Assembly: GCA_964247055.1 (NCBI GenBank)
Contig: OZ176050.1
Span: 1,984,001 to 2,048,000, forward strand
Length of the DNA stretch: 64,000 nt
Source of the DNA: Paragordius varius
Lineage: Eukaryota > Animalia > Nematomorpha
Direction: 5' to 3'
In this document: positions 1-24,127 of the stretch, piece after piece
Layout: each line of letters opens with the position of its first letter
How positions within the stretch are numbered: the stretch's first letter is position 1
Notes under the pieces: model-generated
Seen by the model: the letters and a program-made list of their open reading frames with translations, nothing else
Told to the model about the DNA's origin: nothing
The model's database searches: none
Made by a program: the position numbers and the translations under genes

Positions 1-2292
1 TTAGGGTAACCGATTTTGTACACTGTTTATATTCACAAACGCTTAATGTTATTCATCCTAATTTTATTTCAAATGATAACGAATTACTAATATTATGTTG
101 TTATTTTTAAGCATCCCATTATATTTGCAAAAAGACATCCAAAAAATAAGATGTAAAACGCTGTCTCAGCTTAGCGAGATATACGCCTCGAAAGCGCACA
201 ATATAAAAACAAATATTTGAATCTGTTGTAACTTAGAATAAATTTGAAATAATGTAATATGTATTTTATCTGAAAACATTATGCAAAACTGTTATACTAG
301 AAGAGTCTCTTAAGGGCGAATGGCTTCATCAACTTAAAATTTTTAGATCCCTTGCTCAATTATAATATTAACATATGTACCATTGAGTTTTATAAAAAGC
401 ATATTGTATTGGTTAGTTATCTTTATATTTATTCCAAATCTTGGTTAAAATGATCGAAGTAATTTCCGTAAAATTTAAATTGTATGGCAAAATGGTTATA
501 TTCAATAGTAAAAGACTTTACTGTACACTTGCTGGTTTAAGTAAACTCTCAACTTACCACGCTTTACTTGCAAGACATGTTCAATTTTTCTCACCCCACA
601 TAATGAAAATTTAGTTATAGAATGAGATCCAAAAGCCCAAAATATTTTCGGTATTCTAAAACGGGGTTTAAAATAAATTTAAATGAGAATCTTGATAATT
701 TTTTAATATATAATAGATTATGGCATCAAATAAATATTTTTAAAAAATTCATACTTTGTTCAAAAATTTATTTTTAGCAAAATATTGTTGAAGCGTACTT
801 ATATTTTAAGGCAGCATGGAAACGGTATAAAAACGCTTTAAGATGTTGTAAAAGCACTTTACCTACATAATTCGAAAATACTGTACATTTGTATCATCGT
901 TCGTCTAAAAATTTATTTTATGTTTTATGTTTAAAATATAACCCCAGTTGAAAGGAAACCGGCTTTGGACTGTTAAAGAAATTCAAAAGCTTTAATATGC
1001 AGTTTTGTAATTTTATTATTATACGTTTCCCCGTGAATTTCACGTGAGATACTTCCTTGTATAACTCTCTTAAGGCATTTGTTTTAATTCTCGTTTTACT
1101 GAACCCATCTTTAGGGTTTCCACGTCTTCCTATATCCATTTGAATTTATTATCGGTATTAAATACATTAAAAGCATTGAAATTATTTTGTTAAAAAAATA
1201 CAGTTTAATTTAACAGGTAAAGTTTGAAATGATTTTTTTTTCAAAACGCAAAAAAATCCCATAGAATGCATATTTTTTGTTTTTCTCTAATATTTATAAA
1301 AGGTGATAAATATTTTAAAATGGCAAACTAATCATGGTAGGTATTTGAGTAGAAATCAAACGGCTTTTCAAACAAATAGCGCATAACATTGCGTCTTTAG
1401 TAGAAAGGTACAAAAAATATCCTGAATATATGTTCCTATTAAAAATGTAACAGGATCATCATGGTGTTTTTGAATTTGGTGCCCTTACGACTTATTTAAA
1501 ATCATTTACACTTTTATGGTAAGGGCTTCATATCAGAAAAGTTACGCATATTTTAATAAAATCTTTTTTGTGAAAGCTACATGGCTCATTTCAAAACATA
1601 TCACTAATATATATCATAAACTGCAGAGAAAAACCAAAACCATATAAAATTCTAAGATATAATCAAAGGTCCCAAATTTTACTACTTCTTAAACGGGCCT
1701 TTCTTAAAATAAACACAAAAGTGCGGGATGCGCAAAAATTCTAAATATATACTAAATATATAAACTAAAAATATTAAGATAATGCATTCTTTTTACAAAA
1801 ATCAATTTTATCAAAATTTTGTTAAACTACTTATCAATTTGAGGCATGATGAAAGAGCTCTAAAACGCTTTAAAATATTATAACACTTTTTCGATGATTC
1901 AATGAATGCCTAATATTTTCGATATAAGGGGGCGTTTGCTTTATGCACATGATTTATTTAAATTTTTGATAAGCATTAACCTTTTATCATTAAATTTTTA
2001 TTTAATAAATTATGCGCAAATTTGGGCCTTTTCCGATTTGGAGCACATACTACAAAAGTGTAAAGAATTTTCTTGAATCATTCGTAAGGGCCAAACTTAA
2101 AGTACCACTTGGTACATTTTTATTAAAATATATATATTTTTTCGGGTCATTTTTTTGTTGGCATTGTTTAAATAGTCAAATATTAATGGAAATTTTGTAA
2201 AGTACATAAATTTTATAAAAACGAGTTAATTGTTTTGAATCGTATTCCGACAATAAATAGAAAATACAGATAAAATAGTTTTATCGGTGTAT

Positions 2293-2859
2293 TTAACACT
2301 TGGATACAACACATTCATTTTAGTCTTCGGATTCAAATTGGGGTAGTTAAATACCCCAATCCTGTTTAAAATTAAATTCTTTAAAAAAATATGGAAGGAA
2401 TCGAAACCATGCCAAAATCTTTCACTTATATAACATTAATAAACCGAAATATATAAAAAATTTTATTCAAAAATACTTGATATTACTTATTTTAAGCTAA
2501 AACCAAAAGGTAAAAATATAGTCAACGTGACATGTGTATTAGTAAAATTAAATAATACGAAATAAACCGCTTTTTCTATTTCTATCAATGTTAGATGTGA
2601 TTTAAATAAAAAATTAGCTTTAATTTTACCCTTAAAATTAAATGAAGACGATACTTTGCAAAAAATCAAAATGGCGTCGAAGTATTTTGATATGAAACTT
2701 TTTTTTCAAAACAAAATTTTATTTAATATTTTGCCATATCTATGTTTATTAGGATAAAAGCATAAATTTAAAATGGGACCGTTTCTCTCAGTAGTTTTTC
2801 AAAAATCCTAAATCAAATTTAGTCTGGTTTAGAGACCCCAATTTGAATCGAAGTGTTAA
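2293..2859. mobile_element. Non-autonomous DNA transposon (MITE), TTAA-flanked, piggyBac-like; family A copy 1
   Basis: TTAA at 2293-2296 and 2856-2859; termini CACTT...AAGTG; subterminal inverted repeat TTCAAATTGGGGTA / ACCCCAATTTGAATCGAAG; four more similar copies in the window. Confidence 0.8.
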
Positions 2860-3047
2860 ATATAAAATAATAAGAGAAAGATAATATACCAATATATTAA
2901 CAATGATAGCAAAAAATCAAGAGTACTGGACTATTTTGATCTTTAATGGACAAATATATCTTTGCCTAAATGTTATTTTTAATAACAATGCCAACAAGTT
3001 ATATTTCTCCTTTTTACATATGACAATAGTTTCTAATTTCGTATAAT

Positions 3048-3620
3048 ATAACACTTTTATTCAAATTAGGGTATCTAAATACCTCAGACTATATTTAAGT
3101 TAGGATTTTCAAAAAAATACTGAAGGAAACGGTCCCAATTTAAATTTATGCTTTTATTCTAATAATTATATAAAAAAGCCAAAATATCTAAATAATATTT
3201 TGTTAAAAAAAAGTTCCATGTCAAAATACTTTAATGACATTTTTATTTTACAAAATTTTCGCAAAATATTACCTTCATTCAATTTTAAGGTCAAAATTAA
3301 AGCTAATTTTTTGTAATTACATCTAACATTGATAAAAATAGAAAAAGCGGTTTATTTTGTATTATTTTTCAATTTTATCATTGCAAACATGTCACTTTGA
3401 ATAAATTTTACCTTTCGGTTTGAGCTCAAAATTAGTAATATCAAGTATTCCTGAATAAAATTTTTTATATATTTCGGTTTATTAATACTATATAAGTTCA
3501 AAATTTTGCCATGGTTTTGATTCCTTTTATATTTTTAGCAGAATTAAATTTTAAACAGTCCTGGGGTGTCCGACTACCCCAATTTGAATTGAAGGACTAT
3601 ACCTTGTATCCAAGTGTAAA
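3048..3620. mobile_element. MITE family A copy 2 (inverted relative to copy 1)
   Basis: Reverse-complement similarity to 2293-2859 over its length; same CACTT/AAGTG ends; TSD degenerate (ATAA/TAAA); ends ~80 bp upstream of the SLK ATG. Confidence 0.75.
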
Positions 3621-3701
3621 AAAAATATTTTTAAATAAACCACAAAAGGTAATCATAAGTACACAATCATATGTACCTAGTGCTTATGTGAACTCAGGTA
3701 C

Positions 3702-13335
<9,634 letters not shown>

Positions 13336-13850
13336 CTTACAAACGCTTTTATTTAATTTTGATAATGCAATATAACGCGTTCATCCAAAAATTGATGTAT
13401 TTATGTTTTATGGGGCCATTTTTACTATTTTAAGATTTTTTATCCGGTTCCTAAAGTATAATATTTACTGATATATTTAAATATATTGCATGAACACAAA
13501 ACTCGTATATTAAAAATTACTATTTACAAATCATCCATTATATATTTAGTTAGTTAAATCACATATGTATGGACATTGCACATTAAATATATATTATATA
13601 TATCAATAGCTAAATTAACCTTTTTGATTTTTTCATATTTATTCATGCGCCACAAAACACTACCCCATATATCCTTATTACCTAGGATAGCCATATAAAC
13701 CTATTTATATTTTTTACACATCACTATACCTTTATACAAAATAAATTTTTATAGCTATATTAATTTTATCCAATCATTCTAATAGCCCAAGGCATATAAT
13801 TGATTGATAGTTATTACATTTTTATTAGATATAAAAACATTCTAATAAGT

Positions 13851-16800
13851 ATGAAGATAACTCGGAATCGATTGTATAAAAGATTAAAATTAAATCTACT
13901 ACCCCTTAAACATATGATTAAAGAATTGGCATATATTTTTTGTTATGGTGCCGGAATGGCTTTTCTGACTGTATTCATGGATTATTTAACAAATTTACTG
14001 CTTACCGGTATAATATTTTACTAATTCACTAGCCCGATTAAAATCATTTAATATGGTGCAAGATATGGCCATTGTTAATTACGTGGTGTGGGTTGCGTTT
14101 CCAATCGTTCTCATAATTTTAAGTGCAGCATTCACCAGATTTCTTAGCAAACAAGCCTTAGGTAAAATGTTGTTATTTCTATGAATAAACTACCAAATTT
14201 GTAGCGCACAGGTTCTGGCATCACCGAAATGAAGATTATTATTAAGGGTTTTCCGCTCCGAGGATATCTCAATTTGCGCTGTTTAATAGCTAAAGTTGGA
14301 GGAGTAATTTTAGCTACTGGGAGTGGTATTCCAGTTGGTCGCGAAGTTTTAATTATATAATAATAATCTTTTTAAACAGGGACCGTTCATACACATAGGA
14401 TGCATGATGTCTGTATTAATTGATAAATTGTTCCGAAGTTGCCATAAAGATTTGGAGATAAATGTAAGATTTTTTCTTTTTAAAATTAAGCCAATGAGAA
14501 AGACTGAATTATTAATAACAGGGTTTGGAGCTGGTTTGGCTTGTTGTTTTTCAGCCCCCATTGGAGGTAATCCTATTTTTATGAGTGCTGATAAAAGAAA
14601 CAAACTCTTATGTTAAAGTTAGGGAGTGCTTTTGACTGGTTAAAACAGAATAATCGGCTGACCGCTTATAAATGTAGGCATCGATTTTCATTTGTCAATT
14701 AATGTCCCTTATATTGAGTACCTTATAAAAATAAAAATTTTAATTATTTAGCTACTAATTGTGTTAATAACATTTATGACATGTCAATAAAGTTTAATAA
14801 TTGTTCAGTTTGGATACTTTAATTATACCATATAATAAATTTATATGTGATAAACATATGAAAAAATTTGACCTCTTATTTTTAATAACAATCACAGTTT
14901 CAATTATGAATTCATAAACTGCATATTCAAATTCATCAAAAGCAAATACCTCATATTTTTGAACAACATTTTGTTAAAAGCTATCTAGTCACATATCAGT
15001 TTTGGTAACAGTTATGTAAACTATTAATAATTGATAAAATAATTATTTATAATAGTCTTAAATTTTTAAAAATATATGACCCCCCAATTATCTTTATACC
15101 TGCGATTCATTATGCTTTGTTATTGTGATTGTAGGTGTTTTATTTGGTATGGAGATTACATCATCCTACTTTGCAGTCAAAAACTATTGGCGTGGCTTCA
15201 TCAGTGCAATAATATCGGTCATCATAATTAAACTCTTAAATATTGTAATCCATGGAAAATGTATTCATATATATATTTATGATTACAGCTTTTATAACGG
15301 TTTATTATCGATACTCATTCAATTACAGTTATTTGTTGGAACCTCCAGAAATTTTTATTTTTATGTTGCTTGGGTATGAAATTTAAACTATTTTTATAGA
15401 TTGTGTTGTGGTTTAATTGGCAGTTTATTTATCTTTTTGAACAAATGGATGTATATTATCATGCACAAACCAATCAAAAATAAATTACTCATATTTATAA
15501 AGAGGTAAATGATTAATTTATTTTATTTGTGTAAATTCGAAGATTAAACTGCTGTTTCAATAATAATAGAACATATTTCCAAGATATCATTTAATAACTT
15601 TATGGCATGTAATTAGATAATATTTTTTCCAAAAATAAATTTATTGAAAATTATGGTGAGAAGGGTGCCTTCAGTAAAATACAGAAGAGAACTCAAAAAT
15701 ATAGCTATATAAAACGGTATACTATATTCTTAGGTTCAAATATATTTTTAAACACCATGTTTAATATATAATTTTATTTGGTGCATTGAAGTGTGATATG
15801 GATTTATTAAAAAACTTTATTTGATTTAAGGTGTGTATATCCTTGATATTAGTAGATATCTTAATAAATGCATAACCTAATTTGTCGTTATAATCAATTT
15901 TTTTAAATCGAACATTTGCATTGTTATATAGGTGGTGGGTATACTGTATTCTGATAACATTTATCGTTTCCACAATGACGTTCCCATTAAACAGTTTGGG
16001 AGCTTTATATCTGGGAAAAGTAAATATATCTACATTAAATATTATGATATATCGTTTTTGATTTTTTCCAGATTTAAAAAGGTAAGCAAATATCTACTAA
16101 ACTATTTTTACCACTTTAAGTTTTAGTTTATTGCCGGTTGTGCGTTTTTTGTGTAAGAAAACCATACAGGCCCTTAAGTAAAGGGAGTCAAATTTTTCTT
16201 CATAAAAAATCGTGGATATAAATATATAAACACTGAATATTTTAAATCTTAAAAAAATAAATTAAAAGACTGGCGAAACCATATACCATCGATATAATTT
16301 TTATCTATGACAGGACGTCTACAAATCTAGTCATTTGAAGAGTGAAAAAATTTAACATAGTTTTATAAACCACGAACAGATAGCGCTAGCCTATTCTGAT
16401 ATACAAACACTGTTAAACATATTTAGTTTCTCTCTTTAGGAAGCGACATGTGACGACAATAGCGCTTCTTTAAACATTTAAAATATCTACATATCCTTTA
16501 AGGGTTAAACATAAACTTGTATTGTTATTTAACCGACAAGGCCTTCGCACACTGTCTAAGATTTCAGATAATAAAAAAATCAGTTTTCGGATATGCAACG
16601 CAACACATTAAAATTTAACCCCTTTGACTAATATTGTTGCGCCTTCATAAATATATTATAATTTAAAATATTATTGTGTTTGGATAATAAATTTTTATAA
16701 AAGATATCTAAAGTTTTTTCGTATAGATTGTTGCGTGTTACTTTATTTTAAGAATCAGGTCATTTTAATCTGTTAGAACTTTTATTGATCTATTTGTTTT

Positions 16801-19800
16801 TATATTTAAAACGTAGGACAAAAATACGTTTTGTGAATTTTAAGTAAACCAATTCAAAGATATCACGATCTACTATATCTTTTATTATTTTATAATTTGA
16901 TTTTAGAAATATACTAGTATTTTTATTAAATTATGAAATATATCGCGATGAGAGAAGCAGCCGTTTTGGCAACCGGCATATTGAGACTGTTTAGGACCCA
17001 TAATATATGATAATTATAGACTGATTCGCTTTATCGTAACAATTTAATTGTTTTTAACATGTCGATTCGGATACCAATTTTAACCCTTCTCCTATGAAAA
17101 ACAATGTAGATTTTCTGAACGATTTGCTTATGCGGTTGAAAAACCATATTTTAGAATATTTTCTGAATCTGTTTGTAAGATGTTCCAGAGTTTACCTCGC
17201 ACGTGGTCCCCAAGCTATAAGCTAGTGACAGGTTACGACCATATATTTGACCCGGTTTAATTTAGGAAAATTATCTGTTCACAATGGGATAATACGGCAG
17301 ATTTTGTTTGAATATTTAAATGTAACAAAAAAAAATTTTCATATTCAATCAATTAAAACGCTTTGGCTTGCGTTCGTACTTTTTCTTAAATTGTCTTATT
17401 TGAGTATGAAACATCAGGTTGGATCTCGGTAAGATTTTGAGATTATAATTATTATATAACTTAAATATCAGAAAATAAATATTGCGGTATAACTCAAGGG
17501 CTATGTATTTTTTATAATATTAAATATATTAAAATATTTTTTTAATGATCAAAAGGAAAAATTTTGCGCCTTCAACAAATGTTTGGACTTTCTAATAAAC
17601 AGGTCTAATAGGTCTTTATAATTGGACCCACATAAAGAGCTAATTTAACCGATTATTTATTTATTTATGAATTTTTTCAATGAATTAATAAACATGATGT
17701 AACATTTTTGTAAAGCTGTCTCAGGCGGAAAAAATCAATTACATGTATTACAATGTGAGAAGCAAGAATTCTTCACTTCATTCCGATGAATCGTTTCAGA
17801 CTATACCCAAGCACCTTAACTATCAGATTGGGATCAACCCATTTGCTATAACAAGTGCAATAACTATCTTACATGTAAAACAAATACTTATTTTTAATTT
17901 ATGGTCTAAAATAATCCAAAGATTGATGTTTATAGATTTTTTACACCTTGCTCATTATATCAATGGAAATTCCTTGCGGAACTATTATACCAATGTTTGT
18001 GATTGGTATGATTCCATAAATTTATATAAAAGGATCTGCCTTTGGACGTTTGTTTGGGGATGTGTTTCAAAAATTGTTGCCAGAAAGATTTATTCATCAA
18101 TACCCAAGCTTGTCACTCTTTTCTGGTATCTATGCTATGATGGGTAAAATAAAAATGATAAAATATTAAATGTATTTTTGATTCAGAAAATAATGCTTTT
18201 TTGAAATATTTGTAAATTGTCAAACAATTTTATTTATATTATTTTAATTAATTTACTATTGACATTACCTCTTAGTTAAAGCATTTATTCTGGTTTTTAA
18301 GGAGCTGCCGCTGTTTCAGGAAGTCTTACACGCACCATATCCACTGCCATAATCGTTTACGAAATGACAAATTACACCGTTCATCTTATCCCTATAATTG
18401 TATTCTCCTTGTTTCATGTTGAGAAAATGAAAGATATTTTTAAAAAGATACCGAAAAAATTAAAAATTTTAATTGTGTTTTATAATATATTGTTTTGTTA
18501 TCGCCTTTTTAGATAACAGTTCTTGTAGGCAACGGCGTTTCCCATTTACTAATTCCATCCATTTATGATACCTTTCTCCTGCTGCTTGAAAAACCATTTT
18601 TGCCAGAGTTAGTAGATATATACCCCAGGTATTCACCAGGCTAATATTGTTGCTTTTAGATTACACAATAAATTCGCATCCGATATTATGCAGACCGAAG
18701 TACACTCACTTGATTGGGAGCATTGTTCTTACAATGATATTGCGCTAATGATTCAAAAATATCCAAAATTTGTAGAATTCCCAATCATAAAACAACCGGG
18801 TTAGTCTTAAACTATTATAATGCGTAAAATTATTTATTCATTCCAAGCTATGATACTCTCGATCCTTATTTTTATTTATCTGTGTAATTTGTTAATTTAG
18901 GAGTTAAACCTGTTATTAAATATATACAATATTGATTGTGTAGAAGGCTATCTTTTAAATACTGTAAAATCTCAAAAACTGGAGGAGATATTGGAGTCAT
19001 GCGCATCCATTCAAAATTATCACAATGACCAAGCCCGACTCCAACTAGATCTGGAAGAATATCGATTTTGGAAAATCAATAAAATGAAAACATTCGTAAA
19101 ATGGGAGCTCATATTACCTAAATACACCAATGCAGTAACGATATTACCGAACACCCCATTCAAAGAGGTAGAAATTCGACCATACATTTAAGATCTTGTT
19201 AAAATAAAATTTGTTTAAAATTATTCGGTTAAATATTGGTGAATATTGGGATAAATTATTTTATTGGATAAACTATTGCGAAGAATCGAATTTTATTTAA
19301 TGTGATCTATTTTTTAGTCAAAAATTTCCGGCTTGTTAAAATATAAATTTTTTTGCAAAATAATTAGGTCACAGCAAAAATATAAATAATTATTAAAATT
19401 TGATCTTGTAATGCCATAAAAATCCTATTTTAAAATAAACTATAAATTTATAATTATCAAATTGCTGGTTATCAGCTGTTTTGTTTTTTTGCATTCCTTA
19501 TGGAGTTTATATTTTTGAATTGTGGCTTTAATCCTTTTTAGCAAAATATGTTTCATACACAAAATCAAATTAAATTTTATAATTTGTTTCAATTAACACT
19601 TAATGACTTTTTGGGGTAGATTTATACCCATCATTAAGTAATTAACTTAAATATTTTTAGCATTAGGCCAAATTTAAAATTATATTTTCTTTAGCTTTAT
19701 TCGCATGATACATAAAATATTTTTAAAATATGTAAAATTGTAAAAATCCTCAACTCAAACTTATTCACCGCCATTTTTTTCTTATTTTTTTATCGCAAAT

Positions 19801-20589
19801 AAAACAGGCAAAATAAATGTATAATTTAATTTTAAATATATCCTGAAAAGCTTTCAAATTCAATTTACCAGCAAATTTTTGATATCTATTGATTCAATTA
19901 TGAATTGTTGAGAATCGTGTTATCTAAATTTGGACTCTTAAATAAAAACTGTAAAACTTTTTAGTTTTTATTTAATTCGGTAGAATTGGGTTTAATAATA
20001 AAAATTTATCCAAAAAACTTTCAAACTAGATTGTTTATTACACTAAGCTCTGGTTATAAAATTACCCCAAAATGTCACGTAAAAAATGGTAAGAAGTGTT
20101 AAGCTCAATTTTTATAAATCTAAATTGCTTATTATTAATATATGACACATTTTTATGACAATTAAAAATGGACAATCATAATATTAAATAAATTATTTAT
20201 AGTACTCGTTTATATTATTATTTTTAATTGTTTATCAATGTTTGCTTATTTAGTCCAAATAAAAAATGGCAGGATTTTTTATTGTAATCTCCAAAACTTA
20301 ATTGATATAACGTTAACATCCCTTGAAACAAAAATTAGTCCTAAAAAATAAATTAAAGTATTCGCACAACAAGTAAATATAATAAACTTAAGTATTTCTA
20401 CCTATGATTTAAATACCTTTTTATGCCATTAGAAATACTCAGGAAATAGTTTTTTAAAATCTATATATTTGTGTTTAGATTCATTATTTATTTACTTTTT
20501 TGGCAATCACTCATGTATATGTGGAATATATGGGAAGAATTGTTGGGGTTATAACCATTTCCGACATTGCGAAATATATGAAAAATTAA
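13851..20589 (+). CDS. CLCN2: CLC chloride channel, ClC-1/ClC-2 (ClC-a) clade, with two CBS domains
   Basis: Motifs [65 protein letters not shown], PSIYD. Exons: ~13851-14007, 14033-14161, 14212-14345, 14380-14463, 14491-14566, 15135-15260, 15289-15373, 15400-15504, 15932-16019, 17716-17874, 17936-18005, 18033-18143, 18302-18399, 18513-18628, 18660-18799, 18944-19167, 20479-20589. Start codon uncertain; an upstream exon is possible. Confidence 0.9.
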
Positions 20590-21417
20590 TTTATTCTGTA
20601 TATTTGACAAAATTAAATATCAAAAGAGATCACGCAAATTAATAAATTATTTTATTTTATCTTATATCTTCTTTGATTTTTAAAATTTTAAGTGTGTAAT
20701 TAGATTATATGCGATCTGTTAATCAAGTTGTTGGATTTTTTGTATGCAAATTCCAGTATTTTTATAGTGAGTAAATGTAATAAAGTTGATTTTAAAATGA
20801 TTTATTTTTTAGATGTCTTGAACATGTTATAATTAAGATAATTATGCCGATTATATATAAAAACAAGTATTGTACTCGAATAAATTTTCAAAAGTCAGGA
20901 ATTCTACCGAAAATTACAATTTGATAAGGACCTTTTCAAGTAATAACAAATTTTTTGGATTGAAACTTTCACTAAAAAATATTTAATAATAAATAAAGAA
21001 AATTATTTGGAAGGAAGTGATTAGCTATGCGAAAAATTTTCCTCAGCATAATCTGTGCTATTTTTGCCAATTTTTCGATTGGAACAATTAGCACTATAGT
21101 GTAAATACTTAAATGACTGGTAAGCCCGAATATCAAAAGCACCAAGATGCCCCTAATACATTATATCATCAGATAATTTTTTCAGCTCAGTCTGTATGGA
21201 TGAAAGCGGAACCCCGCTAAGAAATGGTTCAAGATTTTTTAAAAAATATGTTAATAAACTTTTAATCTCCATTTCCTTAATTATTAACAGATTAACTACC
21301 CAGCGCTCAGACTAGGTCAAAGCGACGTGAGACAGGCTGGCTAGTATATATATAAAATTTTTAAAAATAAACTGTAAAATGCAAATACATTATAATTAAA
21401 ACATTTTTTTCTATACG

Positions 21418-21932
21418 TTGCCAATTTGATAGATTTTCTAGAAAATGTGTTTTAAAATAGGAATTTTACTAAAATTTTAAGCATATTACTGCAAATTATG
21501 GATTTCCAAAATTTTTGCCACCGGAACCTAATATTTGGAAGAACCCGCGTGTTGATCACACCATATCTAAAGGTTTTGTTTTTAAATTTGAGTAAATTTT
21601 ATTAAAAAACAATTTATTTAACAAATATTGGAAGAATGCATTAATCAAAATTGTGTGATAGAAATTTTTAGCATCCTCGATACATAAATTTTTTTTCCTA
21701 TCTTAAATCCATTTTACATCGTTTCCATAGCTCGAAAAATGGATTTTCTAAAAAATGTTTTTTGATGCTATAATGTAGCACAGGGGTGTGTACACGCTGC
21801 CTTTCGAAACTTTGTGAGTAGCCTGCGAAAAATTTGGAACTCCATAAGTTGCAACAAAAGGCTCACAAAATCTTAGTAAAATTGATGTTTCGTAAAACCA
21901 ATGTTCTTCTAAATAAGTCTATAAAATTGGCA
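21418..21932. repeat. Long imperfect inverted repeat (foldback/MITE-like remnant)
   Basis: ~21418-21521 (ttgccaatttgatagattttctagaaaa...ttatggatttccaaaattttt) is a degenerate reverse complement of ~21823-21932; no TSD identified. Confidence 0.55.
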
Positions 21933-23359
21933 AGATCTAGAAAAATATGTAAAAATTGAGTTAAAAATGCGGCCGGCGAAGCCGTTTGTGTTGAACAGTT
22001 CTGATCTAGCATAGACCAAAGAATTAAATCAGATATCTCGGCATTTTACCGTTTATTTTAAGAGAACAAACTGATAGTAGGAGGGAAAAAAATTTGGGAC
22101 TTTCGCACCCCACAAATAAATATTAAATTTTAAAAAAATTCTTTAGATTTTTAAATATAGTATAGCATATATTTTAATGATATTATTTTAGGAATAAAGC
22201 ATTTAGCTTTAAATTTTTTTGGATTATTTATCATTTTTAGACCAAAATATACAATTTGCATATTAAAGTAAGAGTAGAAAGGCGACAAAATAGATAGATA
22301 TAATTTTTTTAAACTTTACATTTTTTAAAATGTTTTTTTGGTATTTATGGGTCTAAAATGCTAAAGAAAGCAAGTTTTTTAATTTGCAGTGATCCCTTAA
22401 ATACTTTTAAACAATTTTTAATCGCCCTGGATATAAAACTACCCCAAAAATAATGAGCTGTTAAAGCAAACAAACTTCTTAAATTAAAATAAAGCGCTAA
22501 AATATTCAGATCCATAAATTATTTATATGAAGTGTTTTTATGATATCCTAAGCGTTTAACTCGCTTTAACCATGCTTCCAAATATGACGTATGCTTCAAC
22601 AAAATTTAGTTAAATTTAAATTTTAAAATAGAATGCATTATTTTAAAATATTTAAAGTTGAAATTCATCATGTATTCAAATTTTATGGCACAATCTTAGC
22701 GAATTTCCCTTTATTCTACGAATTGGCCCATTAAAGAACAGAAAAAATTGGCACTTTTGGAGCCCACCAAAAATAAAAAATTTTTATAATGAATTTGCTA
22801 TTTAAATGTAGTTTACAATGTATGTTGATATTTTTAATGAAGCATTTAGCTTTCATCAAATAAATTTTATTTGAACAAATGTTTGCAAATTAGATTTTTG
22901 GTTAAATAATTTTCTCAAATCACTCGTAAGGGCCTAAGCCAAAACATCATGATAAACATGATATATTAATTAAACAATATGTATATTTATCAGTATATTT
23001 TTTTGTAAATTAGTATAATATAGCATATGGCTAAGTAACTCTCTTTTTCTTTTTATTAATTTCATACATGTCTTATTTTAATATCATCATTTCTATGAGT
23101 CAACCCAACCTCTACGCAACTAAGCGGCTTTCACTGAAACATCATTTACTGATGTATGGAAAGTAAGCAAGGATTGTCGGTGGATAGCGACGTGGGTCTG
23201 CTAAACCCTTTTCTTGAATGATACTGGTAGAAACAAAATAAAGTAGTCATAAATAATTATGCAAATTAAATGTTAAATTTATGAAAAACATGTTTAATTT
23301 TTACTTTTTCCCTACCATCGGCTATTATAGAACCATTTCTTTTCCCAAAAACCTCTCAT

Positions 23360-23913
23360 TTAACACTTCGAATCAAATTGAAGTATCTAAATACCCCAGT
23401 CTATATTTAAATTAAAATTTTTAAAAAACTACTGAAAGAAACGGTCCCAATTTAAATTTATGCTTTTATCCTAATCAAAATTATATAAATAAGCCGAATC
23501 TAAATAAAATTTGGTTTTGAAAAAAAGTTCCATATCAAACTACTTCGACGCCATTTTTATTTTACACATTTTTACAAAAGTACGTGTTTATTTGATTTTT
23601 TAGCTAAAATGAAAGTTAATTTTTCATTTAAATCACATCTAACATTAGTAGAAACAGAAAATGAGGTTTTTTTGCAATCTTTTTAAATTTAGCTAATGCA
23701 TAAATGTCATGTTGACTAAAATTTTACTTTGAGGTTTTACCTAAAAACTAGTAATATTGAATATTTTTGAATGGAATATTTTATATGTTTCGGTTCATTA
23801 ATGTCACATATGTACAAACTTTATTCCATATTTTTTGAATTATTTAATTTTAAACAGGCCTGGGATATCAAACTACCCCAATTTGAATCGAAGGTCTGAA
23901 ATGATTGTGTTAA
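23360..23913. mobile_element. MITE family A copy 3
   Basis: TTAA at 23360-23363 and 23910-23913; same termini and internal sequence as copy 2 orientation. Confidence 0.78.
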
Positions 23914-24127
23914 TAAACAAAGTTAAATTACTTATTATAATATTGTAATTTTTAGAGAAAATTTTTAATAAATGTAAATCTGTATAACTTATAATTTCTA
24001 GGTTAAATCAAACTTTGTAATCAATGCCCGGTGAAGGCTGTGCCGTGAAAGGGATTAGGAAAGTCTTATGCAGACTGAAACTGTCAAATTAGATTGATGT
24101 TGTTTTACCCCTGATACTGATATTGAT

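Noticed and set aside
23075-23110. U3 snoRNA (ATCATTTCTATGAG resembles box A) and RNase MRP (GGAAAGTC at ~24058)
   Set aside because: Other required boxes (U3 A', B, C, D; MRP CR-V) were not found at suitable spacing.
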